Positions 36,289 through 45,715 of a stretch of DNA of 64,000 bases are shown in pieces. Source of the stretch: an uncultured virus (IMG/VR IMGVR_UViG_3300035188_001031). Lineage: Duplodnaviria > Heunggongvirae > Uroviricota > Caudoviricetes. The stretch's first letter is position 1. Each line of letters opens with the position of its first letter. The notes under the pieces are model-generated. The model worked only from the letters and a program-made list of their open reading frames with translations, did not search any database and was not told the DNA's origin. The DNA is taken from IMG/VR virus record IMGVR_UViG_3300035188_001031. One strand, given 5' to 3'. Position numbers and translations under genes: made by a program.

Positions 36289-36713
36289 CCCGCACGATCA
36301 CACTTTCTGACGACCACTGGCAAACGATCAGTGACGCCCTGTCTGATTTTTGCGACGAAGGGCCGCCAGACTCACCATGGAAAAGCCCCGGTTTAGAGGC
36401 TGCTCAAGCGGCACTGGACGCAGCTTTAGCCCAGCCCGAGTGGCCTGTTCAAGATGACAAGACCCTCAAGTCGATCAGAGAGACTACGCCACGCTATCGA
36501 ATGTCTGTCATTGTTAGGACAAATGACAGTGCTATTGATACCAGGATGATTGTCATTGGGAAAGCACTCGATCTGAGTAAGGAGATTCTTGAATCCGTTT
36601 CACTCCCGGAACGACTACCACCCTTTCTCTACTCTCCCGCAACCATTGCGGAATGTGCTGGAGGCCCCTGTCAGCAAGGCCCCGAATATTGCGATTGTGG
36701 CGCCATCCCCTGA
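36285..36713 (+). CDS. Hypothetical protein
   Basis: ATGA coupling; AALAQPE and ECAGGPC...CDCG motifs. Confidence 0.55.
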   Translation: MTRTITLSDDHWQTISDALSDFCDEGPPDSPWKSPGLEAAQAALDAALAQPEWPVQDDKTLKSIRETTPRYRMSVIVRTNDSAIDTRMIVIGKALDLSKEILESVSLPERLPPFLYSPATIAECAGGPCQQGPEYCDCGAIP

Positions 36714-36737
36714 CCCCCCCCCCCCCCCCCCTGGAAT

Positions 36738-39103
36738 CCCCGAGTACGCGCCGTCCCCTGAGCCGCCTTCAACCAACTCAAGAACAGCTCATAGACACAC
36801 CCAGACCCGAATGCTATGCTTGACCTAGCTTGACCGTCCCCTACTGCTGCGCCTACCGTGGACAGCGATCAGCTCTTCACGAGCAACGTCACCATCAATG
36901 ACCCCGGCTACACCAATGGCCACTTATGGGGCATGGGCCCTGGCTTTGGCTCCAATGCCGAAGCAGCATGGAAAACAGGCCACACGGGATCGAGGGATGT
37001 TTATGTGGGAATTATTGACACAGGGGTGGATTTTAATCACCCTGATCTGGCTGCGAATATCTGGGTCAACCCCCACGAGACCGTAGACGGAATTGATAAT
37101 GACGGGAACGGCTACATTGATGATATTCGCGGCTGGGATTTCGATAGAAACGACAATACGGTTTTTGACGGCCCTCAAGATGGCCACGGCACCCATGTAG
37201 CCGGAATTATCGGGGCTGTTGGTGGAAATAGCCAAGGTGTGGTTGGAGTAGCCCCCAACCTGCGAATTATCCCCATCAAATTCATAGGGAATCGCGGCGG
37301 AACGACCATCGGGGTCCAGAGGGCCCTGGATTACTTGACGGATCTGAAACGGCGTCATGGCCTCAACATCGTGGCCAGCAACCATTCCTGGTCAGGTGGA
37401 ACAGGCCCTTGGATGGAGGACGCCATCCTTCGAGCCGCGCAGGCAGACATTTTGTTCGTCGCGGCTGCTGGCAATTCCGGTCGGGACAGTGATGTTCATG
37501 TCTCCTACCCATCGGGGATCAGCACCTTGCAGAGAGCCGGTTACGAAGCCGTCATCTCTGTAACAGGATTGGATGTCAACGGAAATCAACAATACAATTA
37601 TGGAAGGACAACGGTAGATCTAGCCGCACCCTCGTCTGGCATTTACTCCACCCTGCCAGGAAACAATTACTCAACCCTGAGCGGAACCTCTATGGCGGCG
37701 CCGCATGTTACGGGGGCGATTGCACTTTATGCCGCAAAGTATCCCAACGCTAGTGCTCAACAGATTCGAGAAGCGTTGCTAGCGAGTACCACTCCAACAG
37801 CCTCGTTGGCGGGCAAAACAGTGACAGGTGGTCGGCTGAACGTGGCGGCATTCCTGAACACTCCACCACCAACTGGCGCTTTTCCAGCTCCAACACCGGC
37901 CCCGGTACCTCCAACACCAGCTCCAGCACCAACCCCACCCCCTGCTCCAACTCCAGCTCCAGCACCTCCAACACCAGCCCCTCAACCGGGAGCGCTGGTG
38001 CCGGTAGAGGTCACGGCAATCGACCTGGACGGTTTTAGTGACTCTCCCAGATTCGAGCAGGTGGTCAACGCCTTTGATAGCAATGCAAACACCAAATACC
38101 TCAACATCGGAGGTAGCAACTCAGGCATTCAGCTGCGCTTCGCGACCCCAACCCGTTTGGGCTCGTTCTCTCTCACCACGGCCAATGACATGCCCGGCAG
38201 GGATCCGGCCTCTTACCAGGTCTATGGCCTCAACGGCAGCTCCTGGCAGCTCCTCACCTCAGGTGCTTTGCAACTACCAGCGGCGCGTCTCACTGCTGGC
38301 AACAGCATTGCATTGCCAGAGCTGCCAATTCTGTCGAGCTACCGGGTGATTTTCCCGACGCTCAGAGCAGAAAACCAGATGATGCAGATTTCTGAATTGA
38401 AGCTCTATGGCCACGGCAGCACGCCAGCTCCCACTCCAGCGCCACCAGCCCCCACTCCTACTCCTGCACCACCGGCACCACCGGCACCAGCGCCGCCAAC
38501 ACCAACACCAGCACCAGCACCAGCACCAGGGCTTCTCCCCTCGCCCGTAGGGATTACAGCAATAGATCTTGATGGTTTTAGTGCCTCCCCAACCTTTGAG
38601 AAGGTAGGCAATGCGTTTGATAATGATCCCGTAACAAAGTATTTGAATATCGGAGGTAGCAACGCTGGTATTGAGTTCAGCTACTTGACAGCAACCCACA
38701 TCACTGGGTTCAGGGTAACCACAGCCAATGACATGCCAGGCAGGGATCCTGCCTCTTACCAGATCTATGGGCAGCGAAATGGCGGATGGGATCTTCTCAT
38801 CTCGGGCGGCCTTCAGCTGCCCACTGCACGACTGACAGAAGCTCCAGCCGTCTCCCTAGATGGTCTGTCCGCACTTACCACATACCGCCTGGTGTTTCCA
38901 ACCCTCAGGACAGACGGCAACATGATGCAAATAGCTGACCTGAAGCTCTACGGCACCCAGGCCAGCCCCACCACAATGTCCGATCCAGCCACAAGCCCCC
39001 CGAGTACGGACTGGCTTGTATAGCGCAGCACCAACCTATTCACGAACAGCGCATGGACGCACCCACATCCGAATGCTATGCTTGAACCAAGTTCACCCGT
39101 CCC
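36738..39103 (+). repeat. Imperfect ~100-bp direct repeat (about 36738-36840 and 38998-39103) flanking the subtilase gene
   Basis: Shared CCCGAGTACG...GAACAGC.CAT.GAC.CACCCA.A.CCGAATGCTATGCTTGA...CCGTCCC. Confidence 0.8.
36858..39023 (+). CDS. Subtilisin-like S8 serine protease with Pro-rich linkers and two repeated discoidin-like domains
   Basis: Catalytic triad in IIDTG, HGTHVAG and GTSMAAPHV; AAAGN oxyanion motif; duplicated NAFD..TKYLN...TANDMPGRDP..YQ...MQI..LKLYG domains. Confidence 0.93.
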   Translation: MDSDQLFTSNVTINDPGYTNGHLWGMGPGFGSNAEAAWKTGHTGSRDVYVGIIDTGVDFNHPDLAANIWVNPHETVDGIDNDGNGYIDDIRGWDFDRNDNTVFDGPQDGHGTHVAGIIGAVGGNSQGVVGVAPNLRIIPIKFIGNRGGTTIGVQRALDYLTDLKRRHGLNIVASNHSWSGGTGPWMEDAILRAAQADILFVAAAGNSGRDSDVHVSYPSGISTLQRAGYEAVISVTGLDVNGNQQYNYGRTTVDLAAPSSGIYSTLPGNNYSTLSGTSMAAPHVTGAIALYAAKYPNASAQQIREALLASTTPTASLAGKTVTGGRLNVAAFLNTPPPTGAFPAPTPAPVPPTPAPAPTPPPAPTPAPAPPTPAPQPGALVPVEVTAIDLDGFSDSPRFEQVVNAFDSNANTKYLNIGGSNSGIQLRFATPTRLGSFSLTTANDMPGRDPASYQVYGLNGSSWQLLTSGALQLPAARLTAGNSIALPELPILSSYRVIFPTLRAENQMMQISELKLYGHGSTPAPTPAPPAPTPTPAPPAPPAPAPPTPTPAPAPAPGLLPSPVGITAIDLDGFSASPTFEKVGNAFDNDPVTKYLNIGGSNAGIEFSYLTATHITGFRVTTANDMPGRDPASYQIYGQRNGGWDLLISGGLQLPTARLTEAPAVSLDGLSALTTYRLVFPTLRTDGNMMQIADLKLYGTQASPTTMSDPATSPPSTDWLV

Positions 39104-39106
39104 AAA

Positions 39107-39517
39107 ATGCTCACGGCTATTCGTGACTTCTCGCGGTCGGTGAGCCGAGATGTGGAGCGTTTCTCGAAAGCCCTCCGCACAATCGAGCGTCTGCCCGCCC
39201 TCCTGGCAGAAAATCACACCGCCCTCTTACGTCACATGTCCGCCCTTACCCAAATCCTGTCCGGCGTCGAATTCCTCATCTCCGAGAACGCCTCCCTGAA
39301 GGCTGCCCTCGGTGAATCCGGCCTCGCCAACTCCGCTCTCCAAGCTGAACTGGCCGCCGCCGCTGAGCGCTTCCAGACCCTTGTGTCCGAGGAAGTCGCT
39401 GAAGACGAAATGGAAACCCGCATCCTCGGCCGCCTCGCCGAAGTGCTGCCTCAGCCCCCTGTGGCCGACGAGCCTGTCGCTGACGAGCCTGTCGCTGACG
39501 CAGACCCCGAGGCCTGA
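39107..39517 (+). CDS. Hypothetical coiled-coil acidic protein
   Basis: ORF with C-terminal PVADE repeats, followed by a terminator-like hairpin. Confidence 0.65.
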   Translation: MLTAIRDFSRSVSRDVERFSKALRTIERLPALLAENHTALLRHMSALTQILSGVEFLISENASLKAALGESGLANSALQAELAAAAERFQTLVSEEVAEDEMETRILGRLAEVLPQPPVADEPVADEPVADADPEA

Positions 39518-39590
39518 TCCGCAGCCTGTTGACTGCACTGGGGGCCCCGCGCCCCCTTTTTGCTAGCTATTCGCACTTTGGTACAGCTCC

Positions 39591-39770
39591 ATGTCGGACC
39601 CTGATCCCATGCAGTTAACCCTTTATCAATCCTTTGAACTAGAAAGAATGTGCCGCACAGTAGATGAAACCAACGATATAGCTACCCTACGTAAACTATG
39701 TAAAGACACCCTCCGGGCCCGGCAAATGCAAAAAGCCGCCACAGCATGGGCCATGCGCCAAGGGCTGTAG
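39591..39770 (+). CDS. nblA: NblA-like phycobilisome degradation protein (59 aa, not in ORF track)
   Basis: MSDPDPMQLTLYQSFELERMCRTVDETNDIATLRKLCKDTLRARQMQKAATAWAMRQGL; LTLxQxF two-helix pattern. Confidence 0.65.
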   Translation: MSDPDPMQLTLYQSFELERMCRTVDETNDIATLRKLCKDTLRARQMQKAATAWAMRQGL

Positions 39771-39805
39771 CTGTTTAGTATACTGAATATACAGCACCCA
39801 CGCAC

Positions 39806-40258
39806 ATGCGCACAATCAATCCCAACCCCATTGACGGTCTTCGCGAGCAGGAACGGATGGCTGTCGCTCTCCTGGCCCGGGGAAAAAACAACCGAGAGAC
39901 CGCTACAGAACTTGGCATCGCAGAGCGCACTCTCTATAACTGGCGTCAGAAACCAAGAGTTCAACGTGCTATCTTCCTCAGACAGCAGCAGATAATCTCA
40001 GACAACGAAAGTCAAACTATAGAACTTCTACCCGAAGCTATCGACACCCTTAAAGCCATCATGCGGGACCCCCGCGTGAATGCTTCTGATCGCATTGCTG
40101 CTTCTCGTGCCCTAATCAACGGTGCAGGCCGCTATCAAGAGACCCAGATGCTAAACCGCAAGTTGGCCAACCTTGAAGCCATGGTGGACCCCCTGACCGC
40201 TGAACTTCTCCCCGAGGACGAAGACAATCTCCCTTCATTCGAGCCCACCGATGAATGA
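39806..40258 (+). CDS. Terminase small subunit (HTH)
   Basis: ETATELGIAERTLYNWR...EAIDTL...RIAASRALI; immediately upstream of TerL. Confidence 0.8.
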   Translation: MRTINPNPIDGLREQERMAVALLARGKNNRETATELGIAERTLYNWRQKPRVQRAIFLRQQQIISDNESQTIELLPEAIDTLKAIMRDPRVNASDRIAASRALINGAGRYQETQMLNRKLANLEAMVDPLTAELLPEDEDNLPSFEPTDE

Positions 40259-41763
40259 CCACTTCATCGCTGACTCAACTCGCCCGCCGCGCTGACAAGC
40301 TGCAGGCCGCAATCGAACGCCGCAAGGCCCAAGCCACCGCCTCCCCCGAGCCCGCTGTCAGCACCCTGCCCACCATCGACCGGTGGTCTGAATTCGCTCG
40401 ACTCACCTGGATCACCACAAGCGGCACTGTCGCCCCGTTTGACCCGTATGACTTTCAAATAGACCTGATAAAGCAGATCTATTCCCATCAAAATGTTATT
40501 GTAAATAAATCCCGACAAGTTGGCGTCAGTGAAACTGTTGTCAACGCCCTCAGCTGTCGCGCTGCTACTGAACCAGGATACGTTGCTGTCGTATTCTCCA
40601 AAACTCAGGGCGACTCTTCTCAATTAGCTCGCCGCGCTAAGCGGATGCTTAACAGCATCCCAGGCCACTCATTCCGTTACGCCACAGACAGCGCCACGCT
40701 AATCAGCATCGTTGGCTTCGGCACTATCCACTTCCTACCCGGCAGCCCTCGCGCTGCTCGTGGCATCCCCTCTTGCTCAGACCTCTGGATCGACGAGGCC
40801 GCCTTCGTTGACGGCGCTGAAGAGATCTACCGTGCCGCCAGCCCTACGCTTTCCATGCTGGGCGAAAAAGGCCGGGTGATCGTCACCAGCACACCAGATA
40901 CCGCCTCTGACTGGTACGGCTCCCTTTGGCACGCCGGTATTTTCCCCGATTGGTTGTCCTACGTCGAGCGTGCGCGTGATACCCCCGCCCAGGGCCCTGC
41001 TGTTATTGCAGAGCTCAATAGCCGCCTGGCGCAGTTGCCAGACAAGTGGCTCCGCGTCGCAATTCACTACTCCCAGCATCCGGTCTACAACCAAGATCCC
41101 AACTGGGCGAAGAAAACCCGGGAGGATCGTCGCATCACCCAGTCCGCCTGGGCCACCGAGTACGAGCTTTCCTTCGGCGCCACCGACAGCCAGATCTACC
41201 CCTATGACCTGATCAGCCGTGGCGCCCGTGGCTCCTGGCGCGAATGCGGCTCGGTTAACCGTACATATGTACTAGCGATAGATCCCAACGCAGGCGGCAG
41301 TGACTATTTCGTAGGACTGGTACTTGACATCACCAGTAAGCCTTATGAAGTCGTCAGCCTATATCGTGAAAACGGCCGCAGCACTGAGTACAGCCTGCGC
41401 AGGATCAAAGAGCTTATAGAAGACTACATCCCGCATCGCATCATCGTAGAAAAACAGGCCATGGGTGCAGTGATCGCTGAAGCGCTCCAAGGCATTGTCC
41501 CCGAGTACGCTATTGAGCTCTTCTCCACTTCTCAACCCAGTAAGATCACAGCCACGGACCGCATCTTGTTCCTGTTGGAACATGACGACCTGATATTCCC
41601 AGAGGGCGTGATTGTGGACGAACTCCGCGCTTTCCAGCAGAAAGATCACGGAGTCCGTGCCGCTGCATCCGGTTTCAACGATGATACTGTCATGGCGTTG
41701 GCCTTTGCCTGCAGTCTGATTCCAGAAACTCCAAATACTGCAGCGTTCTTTGCAAATATCTAA
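40255..41763 (+). CDS. terL: Terminase large subunit
   Basis: NKSRQVGVS, WIDEAAF, TSTP, AIDP, DDTVMALA. Confidence 0.93.
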   Translation: MTTSSLTQLARRADKLQAAIERRKAQATASPEPAVSTLPTIDRWSEFARLTWITTSGTVAPFDPYDFQIDLIKQIYSHQNVIVNKSRQVGVSETVVNALSCRAATEPGYVAVVFSKTQGDSSQLARRAKRMLNSIPGHSFRYATDSATLISIVGFGTIHFLPGSPRAARGIPSCSDLWIDEAAFVDGAEEIYRAASPTLSMLGEKGRVIVTSTPDTASDWYGSLWHAGIFPDWLSYVERARDTPAQGPAVIAELNSRLAQLPDKWLRVAIHYSQHPVYNQDPNWAKKTREDRRITQSAWATEYELSFGATDSQIYPYDLISRGARGSWRECGSVNRTYVLAIDPNAGGSDYFVGLVLDITSKPYEVVSLYRENGRSTEYSLRRIKELIEDYIPHRIIVEKQAMGAVIAEALQGIVPEYAIELFSTSQPSKITATDRILFLLEHDDLIFPEGVIVDELRAFQQKDHGVRAAASGFNDDTVMALAFACSLIPETPNTAAFFANI

Positions 41764-41771
41764 GTGTCCAG

Positions 41772-41845
41772 TGTAAGTTCCTCTGCGCACATTGTAAGTT
41801 CCTCTGCACTCATTGTAAGTTCCTCTGCGCCCAATGTAAGTTCGC
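41772..41845 (+). repeat. Tandem 21-bp repeat TGTAAGTTCCTCTGCnCnCAn, about 3.5 copies
   Basis: Units start at 41772, 41793, 41814 and 41835. Confidence 0.92.
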
Positions 41846-41894
41846 AAAGTTACATTCCAGCGATAGGATGTAGCACATAGCGCACCAACATCGA

Positions 41895-43703
41895 GTGTCT
41901 GACTCGTCTGATATATTCCGGAATAACGAATCTGTAAGTCGTACAGATGGCGCGTTGGTGAACGTGCTAACCGGCATGGGGACTGCCTCTACCGATCGCA
42001 GCGTCGCCACAAGAGTTGCGAATGCTTCACTGCTTTCTCAGACAGAATTAGAAATACTGTATCTAAACGGTATTCCCCGTCGCTACGTAGATAACATCGC
42101 AGATACAGTTCTGCGACACCCTGCAACAATTAAGCTAGGCGGGGACGACATCCCCAATGCTAACGATCTAATTGCTGATTTCGATGAATACATTAAAAAC
42201 CTAGAATTTCGCCGCGCTTACGCTGAAGTTGTCAAGCTCCAACGGCTATACGGTGGCGCTCTCCTAGTTCTGCTGATTGACGACGGCCTTCCGCCTGAAG
42301 AACCTGTTGACCCAACACGTATCCGCGCTGTTCGAGGCCTAGTCCCGCTGTCTCGCCATGAGGTGATACCAGAGGACTTCACGATTATTGACTACAGCAA
42401 GCCTCAGTTCTACCGGATTTCCACTTCGCAGCGCATGTCGCCCGACCAGACCAGCAGATATGTCGATATACGCATACACGCATCCCGAGTGGCCCGCTTC
42501 GATGGGCTGTATCTCCCCTGGAATCTCCGAGTACGTAACGTCGGCTGGGGCCAATCTGTTCTGCAACTAATTTGGGACGCCTACAAGCGCTACGAAAGCG
42601 GCATGATGGGTTTGGAAACAATGCTTTCAGACGCAGATTTATTTGTACACAGCATCCCAGGACTCTTTAATCGTATTGCTGCTGGCAACGAATCAGACAT
42701 CCGGAAGCGCCTAGAAGCCAATATCCTATCTCGCAGTATGTACAAAGGCATGGTCATTGACAAAGAAGAGACAGTTACATATCTCAACCGTGCTCTCAAC
42801 AATATCTCTTCAGCCACAGATCCCTTCATCAAAGACCTACAAGCTGCCACTGGTTGGCCTTCTGCCATTCTCATGGGGGAATCCCCCGGTGGCCTGGGCA
42901 AAGAGGGCCGGTTTGAAGAGCGCCTCTGGGCTTCCCTGGTGGAGAACTGGCAAGAGCTCTACTGCATGTCAGCGGTCGAGCAGATCTTCTCCTACATCTT
43001 GGCCAGCAAGGAGGGCCCCACCCGAGGCCGCCCCCCACGTAATTGGTCCGTCTCTTTCCCCTCAGCTTTTACTGAGACTAATAAAGAGAAAGCTGACATC
43101 CGCGCTGCCCAAGCTCAAATAGACAACACATATATTAATCTCGGTGTACTGAACGCCATTGAAGTACGTGAAGCCCGCTTTGGTGGCACCGACTTCAACA
43201 CTGAAACCACGCTCAATGCTGCTGTAACCAAGCAGCTGAGCGCTGCTGCGGACGCCTCATTCGAGAGCCGGATGATGGGGTATCAGAACCTGCAGCTCGC
43301 CGCCCAGCAGCCCCCGGAGGATCAACCCCCGCCCCCCGAGGACGGCGCCAAGACCGACGCTTTCGACCATTACGAGGCCCACGGCCTGCGGATCCGGGTC
43401 ACCCACCGGGTAGACGACCTCTGCGCGGGCTATCTGGTGGGGCCTGACGGCCAGCGCACTGATTCCAGCCAGGCGGCCCCGATGGTGGTGTTCGGCCCTC
43501 ACCGCGCCCGGGCCTATAAGCTGTACCGTGCCCGCTTCGACCGCGACGGGGAGCTGATCGACGGTCCCTATGCCACCGGTTTCGCGTCCCTCCGTGCTGC
43601 CAAGCTTGGAATTTCCCGATTGTTCCGGCAGAATATCGCAGGACTCTCCGCTATCCCCGAGAGCGAAATTGAATCGCTACGTGCTGGATGGGAGGTCTAC
43701 TAG
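41895..43703 (+). CDS. Portal protein (DUF1073/HI1409 type) with C-terminal extra domain
   Basis: RLYGGA, IHASRV, WGQSVL, LMGESPGGL; position after TerL. Confidence 0.88.
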   Translation: MSDSSDIFRNNESVSRTDGALVNVLTGMGTASTDRSVATRVANASLLSQTELEILYLNGIPRRYVDNIADTVLRHPATIKLGGDDIPNANDLIADFDEYIKNLEFRRAYAEVVKLQRLYGGALLVLLIDDGLPPEEPVDPTRIRAVRGLVPLSRHEVIPEDFTIIDYSKPQFYRISTSQRMSPDQTSRYVDIRIHASRVARFDGLYLPWNLRVRNVGWGQSVLQLIWDAYKRYESGMMGLETMLSDADLFVHSIPGLFNRIAAGNESDIRKRLEANILSRSMYKGMVIDKEETVTYLNRALNNISSATDPFIKDLQAATGWPSAILMGESPGGLGKEGRFEERLWASLVENWQELYCMSAVEQIFSYILASKEGPTRGRPPRNWSVSFPSAFTETNKEKADIRAAQAQIDNTYINLGVLNAIEVREARFGGTDFNTETTLNAAVTKQLSAAADASFESRMMGYQNLQLAAQQPPEDQPPPPEDGAKTDAFDHYEAHGLRIRVTHRVDDLCAGYLVGPDGQRTDSSQAAPMVVFGPHRARAYKLYRARFDRDGELIDGPYATGFASLRAAKLGISRLFRQNIAGLSAIPESEIESLRAGWEVY

Positions 43704-43711
43704 CCTAAGTT

Positions 43712-44584
43712 TTGGATCTACTTGAGCGCTACAACAATCTGCTACGGAATGCCGAGGATGATGTAGTTGTACTATTAAATCAGGTTCTGGAGAGCTCGTT
43801 TAATCGTCTGCTTCGCCGAGCACGGGAGCATATGCGACGCGGCATGCGAGATCCAAGCCAACGGAATGTGCTGCTGTTGCAAGTGTTCCGTGAGCTGATT
43901 CCTGCTGTGCGGCCGGACATGCAGGACCAGTATGACGAGTTATTCCGGAATTTAGTTGCGGAGGCATCCAAGCTTGGGATCGTGGCAGCTGATGCGCTCA
44001 CGGGTGAGCTACTACCCACTCATCCACGAGTGGATATTACAATTCCGATTGAGGCAACGATGGCTGCTGCGGCGCAGGCTAAGGGGTATTTAAGGCGTCA
44101 TGGGGATGAGTTTGCCCGAACTGCTGCGGAGATTGTGGCGCAGGGGATTGCAGAAGGTCGCCCTACTGATGCGATGGTGCGTGATATGCGAGACCGTCTA
44201 GTGATTACAAGAGGGCGAGCGGAGACCATTGTACGAACCGAAAGTATGCGTGCGTATTCGGAAGCAAGTAATGCGTATTACGCTACAATAGGAATTGATC
44301 TAGTGATGTATTACGCGACAAGTGACGATCGGACTTGTCCAGTATGTCGAGACAGGGCAGGTCGTATTTATCGACGTACAGAGTTAAAGTTACCGTTACA
44401 TCCACGGTGCCGGTGTGCTGTAGCGCCGTATGACCCTGAGATAGCAAGGATTGATCCTACTTATGCCGGAATGGCTGCACGTCATCGCAAGGAAGTCGCA
44501 AAGCATACGGGTGTTCCGTTGAGCGATGACCTGACAAAAGCGGTGTTTGAGTCGATGGCGCCTACTCCTGTTACAGATGTGTGA
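43712..44584 (+). CDS. Minor head protein MuF / SPP1 gp7 family
   Basis: RAETIVRTE, DDRTCPVC, PLHPRCRC. Confidence 0.9.
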   Translation: MDLLERYNNLLRNAEDDVVVLLNQVLESSFNRLLRRAREHMRRGMRDPSQRNVLLLQVFRELIPAVRPDMQDQYDELFRNLVAEASKLGIVAADALTGELLPTHPRVDITIPIEATMAAAAQAKGYLRRHGDEFARTAAEIVAQGIAEGRPTDAMVRDMRDRLVITRGRAETIVRTESMRAYSEASNAYYATIGIDLVMYYATSDDRTCPVCRDRAGRIYRRTELKLPLHPRCRCAVAPYDPEIARIDPTYAGMAARHRKEVAKHTGVPLSDDLTKAVFESMAPTPVTDV

Positions 44585-44682
44585 CGGTTTGTGAACAGCC
44601 TGCTTGTGACCAAGCCAACCGCAACGCTAGGCGCTACTATTAGTTCATCGGAGGGGAGGCCCTCCACCACCCAACCCCAGAC

Positions 44683-44958
44683 ATGACCACCACCGCTCAC
44701 CGTTCCGCCACTGGCACCCGCCGCTTTCTGCAGCTGTTCTTTGAGGAGAAGCAGCTGGCCGAGATGATCTACGAAGTGACAGCCCCGGACGGCACCGCCC
44801 ACATCATCCCCACCTCTGTGGTGATTGAAGCCATCGACAACGCACCAGCCGCCGAGCAAGAGCAAATCGCCGGCATTGTGCGGAAACTGGACTTTGCAAA
44901 CGGAGACTTTCACCACTTCCTGCGTCATCTGGCCACTGCATTAGCCGCTCGCTACTGA
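44683..44958 (+). CDS. Cassette 1 gene a, hypothetical
   Basis: ATG at the fixed position after repeat 1. Confidence 0.8.
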   Translation: MTTTAHRSATGTRRFLQLFFEEKQLAEMIYEVTAPDGTAHIIPTSVVIEAIDNAPAAEQEQIAGIVRKLDFANGDFHHFLRHLATALAARY

Positions 44959-45010
44959 CCCACCCACGGCCCGCCGGGAGCCTATCCCGGCAAGCAATCC
45001 CACCGCAGCC

Positions 45011-45175
45011 ATGACCCACCCCTACGAAATCCACCTGCTGGCCCCTTCCGGACAACGTCGCACCCTGCACTTGCAGGCCCAGTCCCTAACCCATGCGCAG
45101 CTGTCAGCAATCGAGCTGGCAGGCCTCGGCCCTCGCGCCACGGTGCTGCAGTGCCATCGCCTGGGGGAGTGGTGA
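45011..45175 (+). CDS. Cassette 1 gene b, hypothetical 54 aa (not in ORF track)
   Basis: MTHPYEIHLLAPSGQRRTLHLQAQSLTHAQLSAIELAG...CHRLGEW; GTGA-coupled to the next gene. Confidence 0.65.
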   Translation: MTHPYEIHLLAPSGQRRTLHLQAQSLTHAQLSAIELAGLGPRATVLQCHRLGEW

Positions 45176-45399
45176 GCGACCCCACCAACGCCGAGCGCTC
45201 CCGCCGTTGGCGTGCCAGGAAAGCCGGGAAGATCCCACCAGCAGAGCGGTTGATCTGCTCAGCCTGTGGAGCAGGCCGCAGCGGACGCTATGGGGAGATC
45301 TGCCGGCGTTGCTGGGAACGGCTCACACCAGAGGGCCGTGCCGACAAGGCCGCCAGGGTTGCACGGGTCAGGGCCAAGACCAAAAGTGACGGATTGTGA
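45172..45399 (+). CDS. Cassette 1 gene c, basic zinc-finger protein (candidate regulator)
   Basis: DPTNAERSRRWRARK...CSAC...CRRC...RVARVRAK. Confidence 0.7.
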   Translation: MSDPTNAERSRRWRARKAGKIPPAERLICSACGAGRSGRYGEICRRCWERLTPEGRADKAARVARVRAKTKSDGL

Positions 45400-45487
45400 A
45401 CAGGCCTGATGGGAGCATGGCAACCGCAACGGCAAGCGCTACTATTAGTTCATCGGAGGGGAGGCCCTCCACCACCTAACAAAGCAA

Positions 45488-45679
45488 ATGACCATCACCG
45501 CCCGTTCCGCTTCTGACGTTCAACTTGCTCTCATGGCCGTAGGCGTGTTCATGGTTGACATGGGTAGTACTGGCCTGGCCGTCACCGGTTACCGTTTCCA
45601 GCTTCGTTACGCCGGCGAGATTGAGCGCTTTGTAACCCTGGGCCAAGTCAAGACCTGGGCCAAGTACAACCTCGGCTAA
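45488..45679 (+). CDS. Cassette 2 gene, hypothetical
   Basis: ATG at the fixed position after repeat 2. Confidence 0.8.
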   Translation: MTITARSASDVQLALMAVGVFMVDMGSTGLAVTGYRFQLRYAGEIERFVTLGQVKTWAKYNLG

Positions 45680-45692
45680 CCCCGCCGCGACC

Positions 45693-45715
45693 GCCCCTCA
45701 CCCGAGGGGCTTTTT
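45693..45715 (+). terminator. Rho-independent terminator
   Basis: GCCCCTC-ACCC-GAGGGGC-TTTTT. Confidence 0.85.

Noticed and set aside
41772..41845. CRISPR array
   Set aside because: The units are contiguous 21-mers with no unique spacers, and no cas genes are present.
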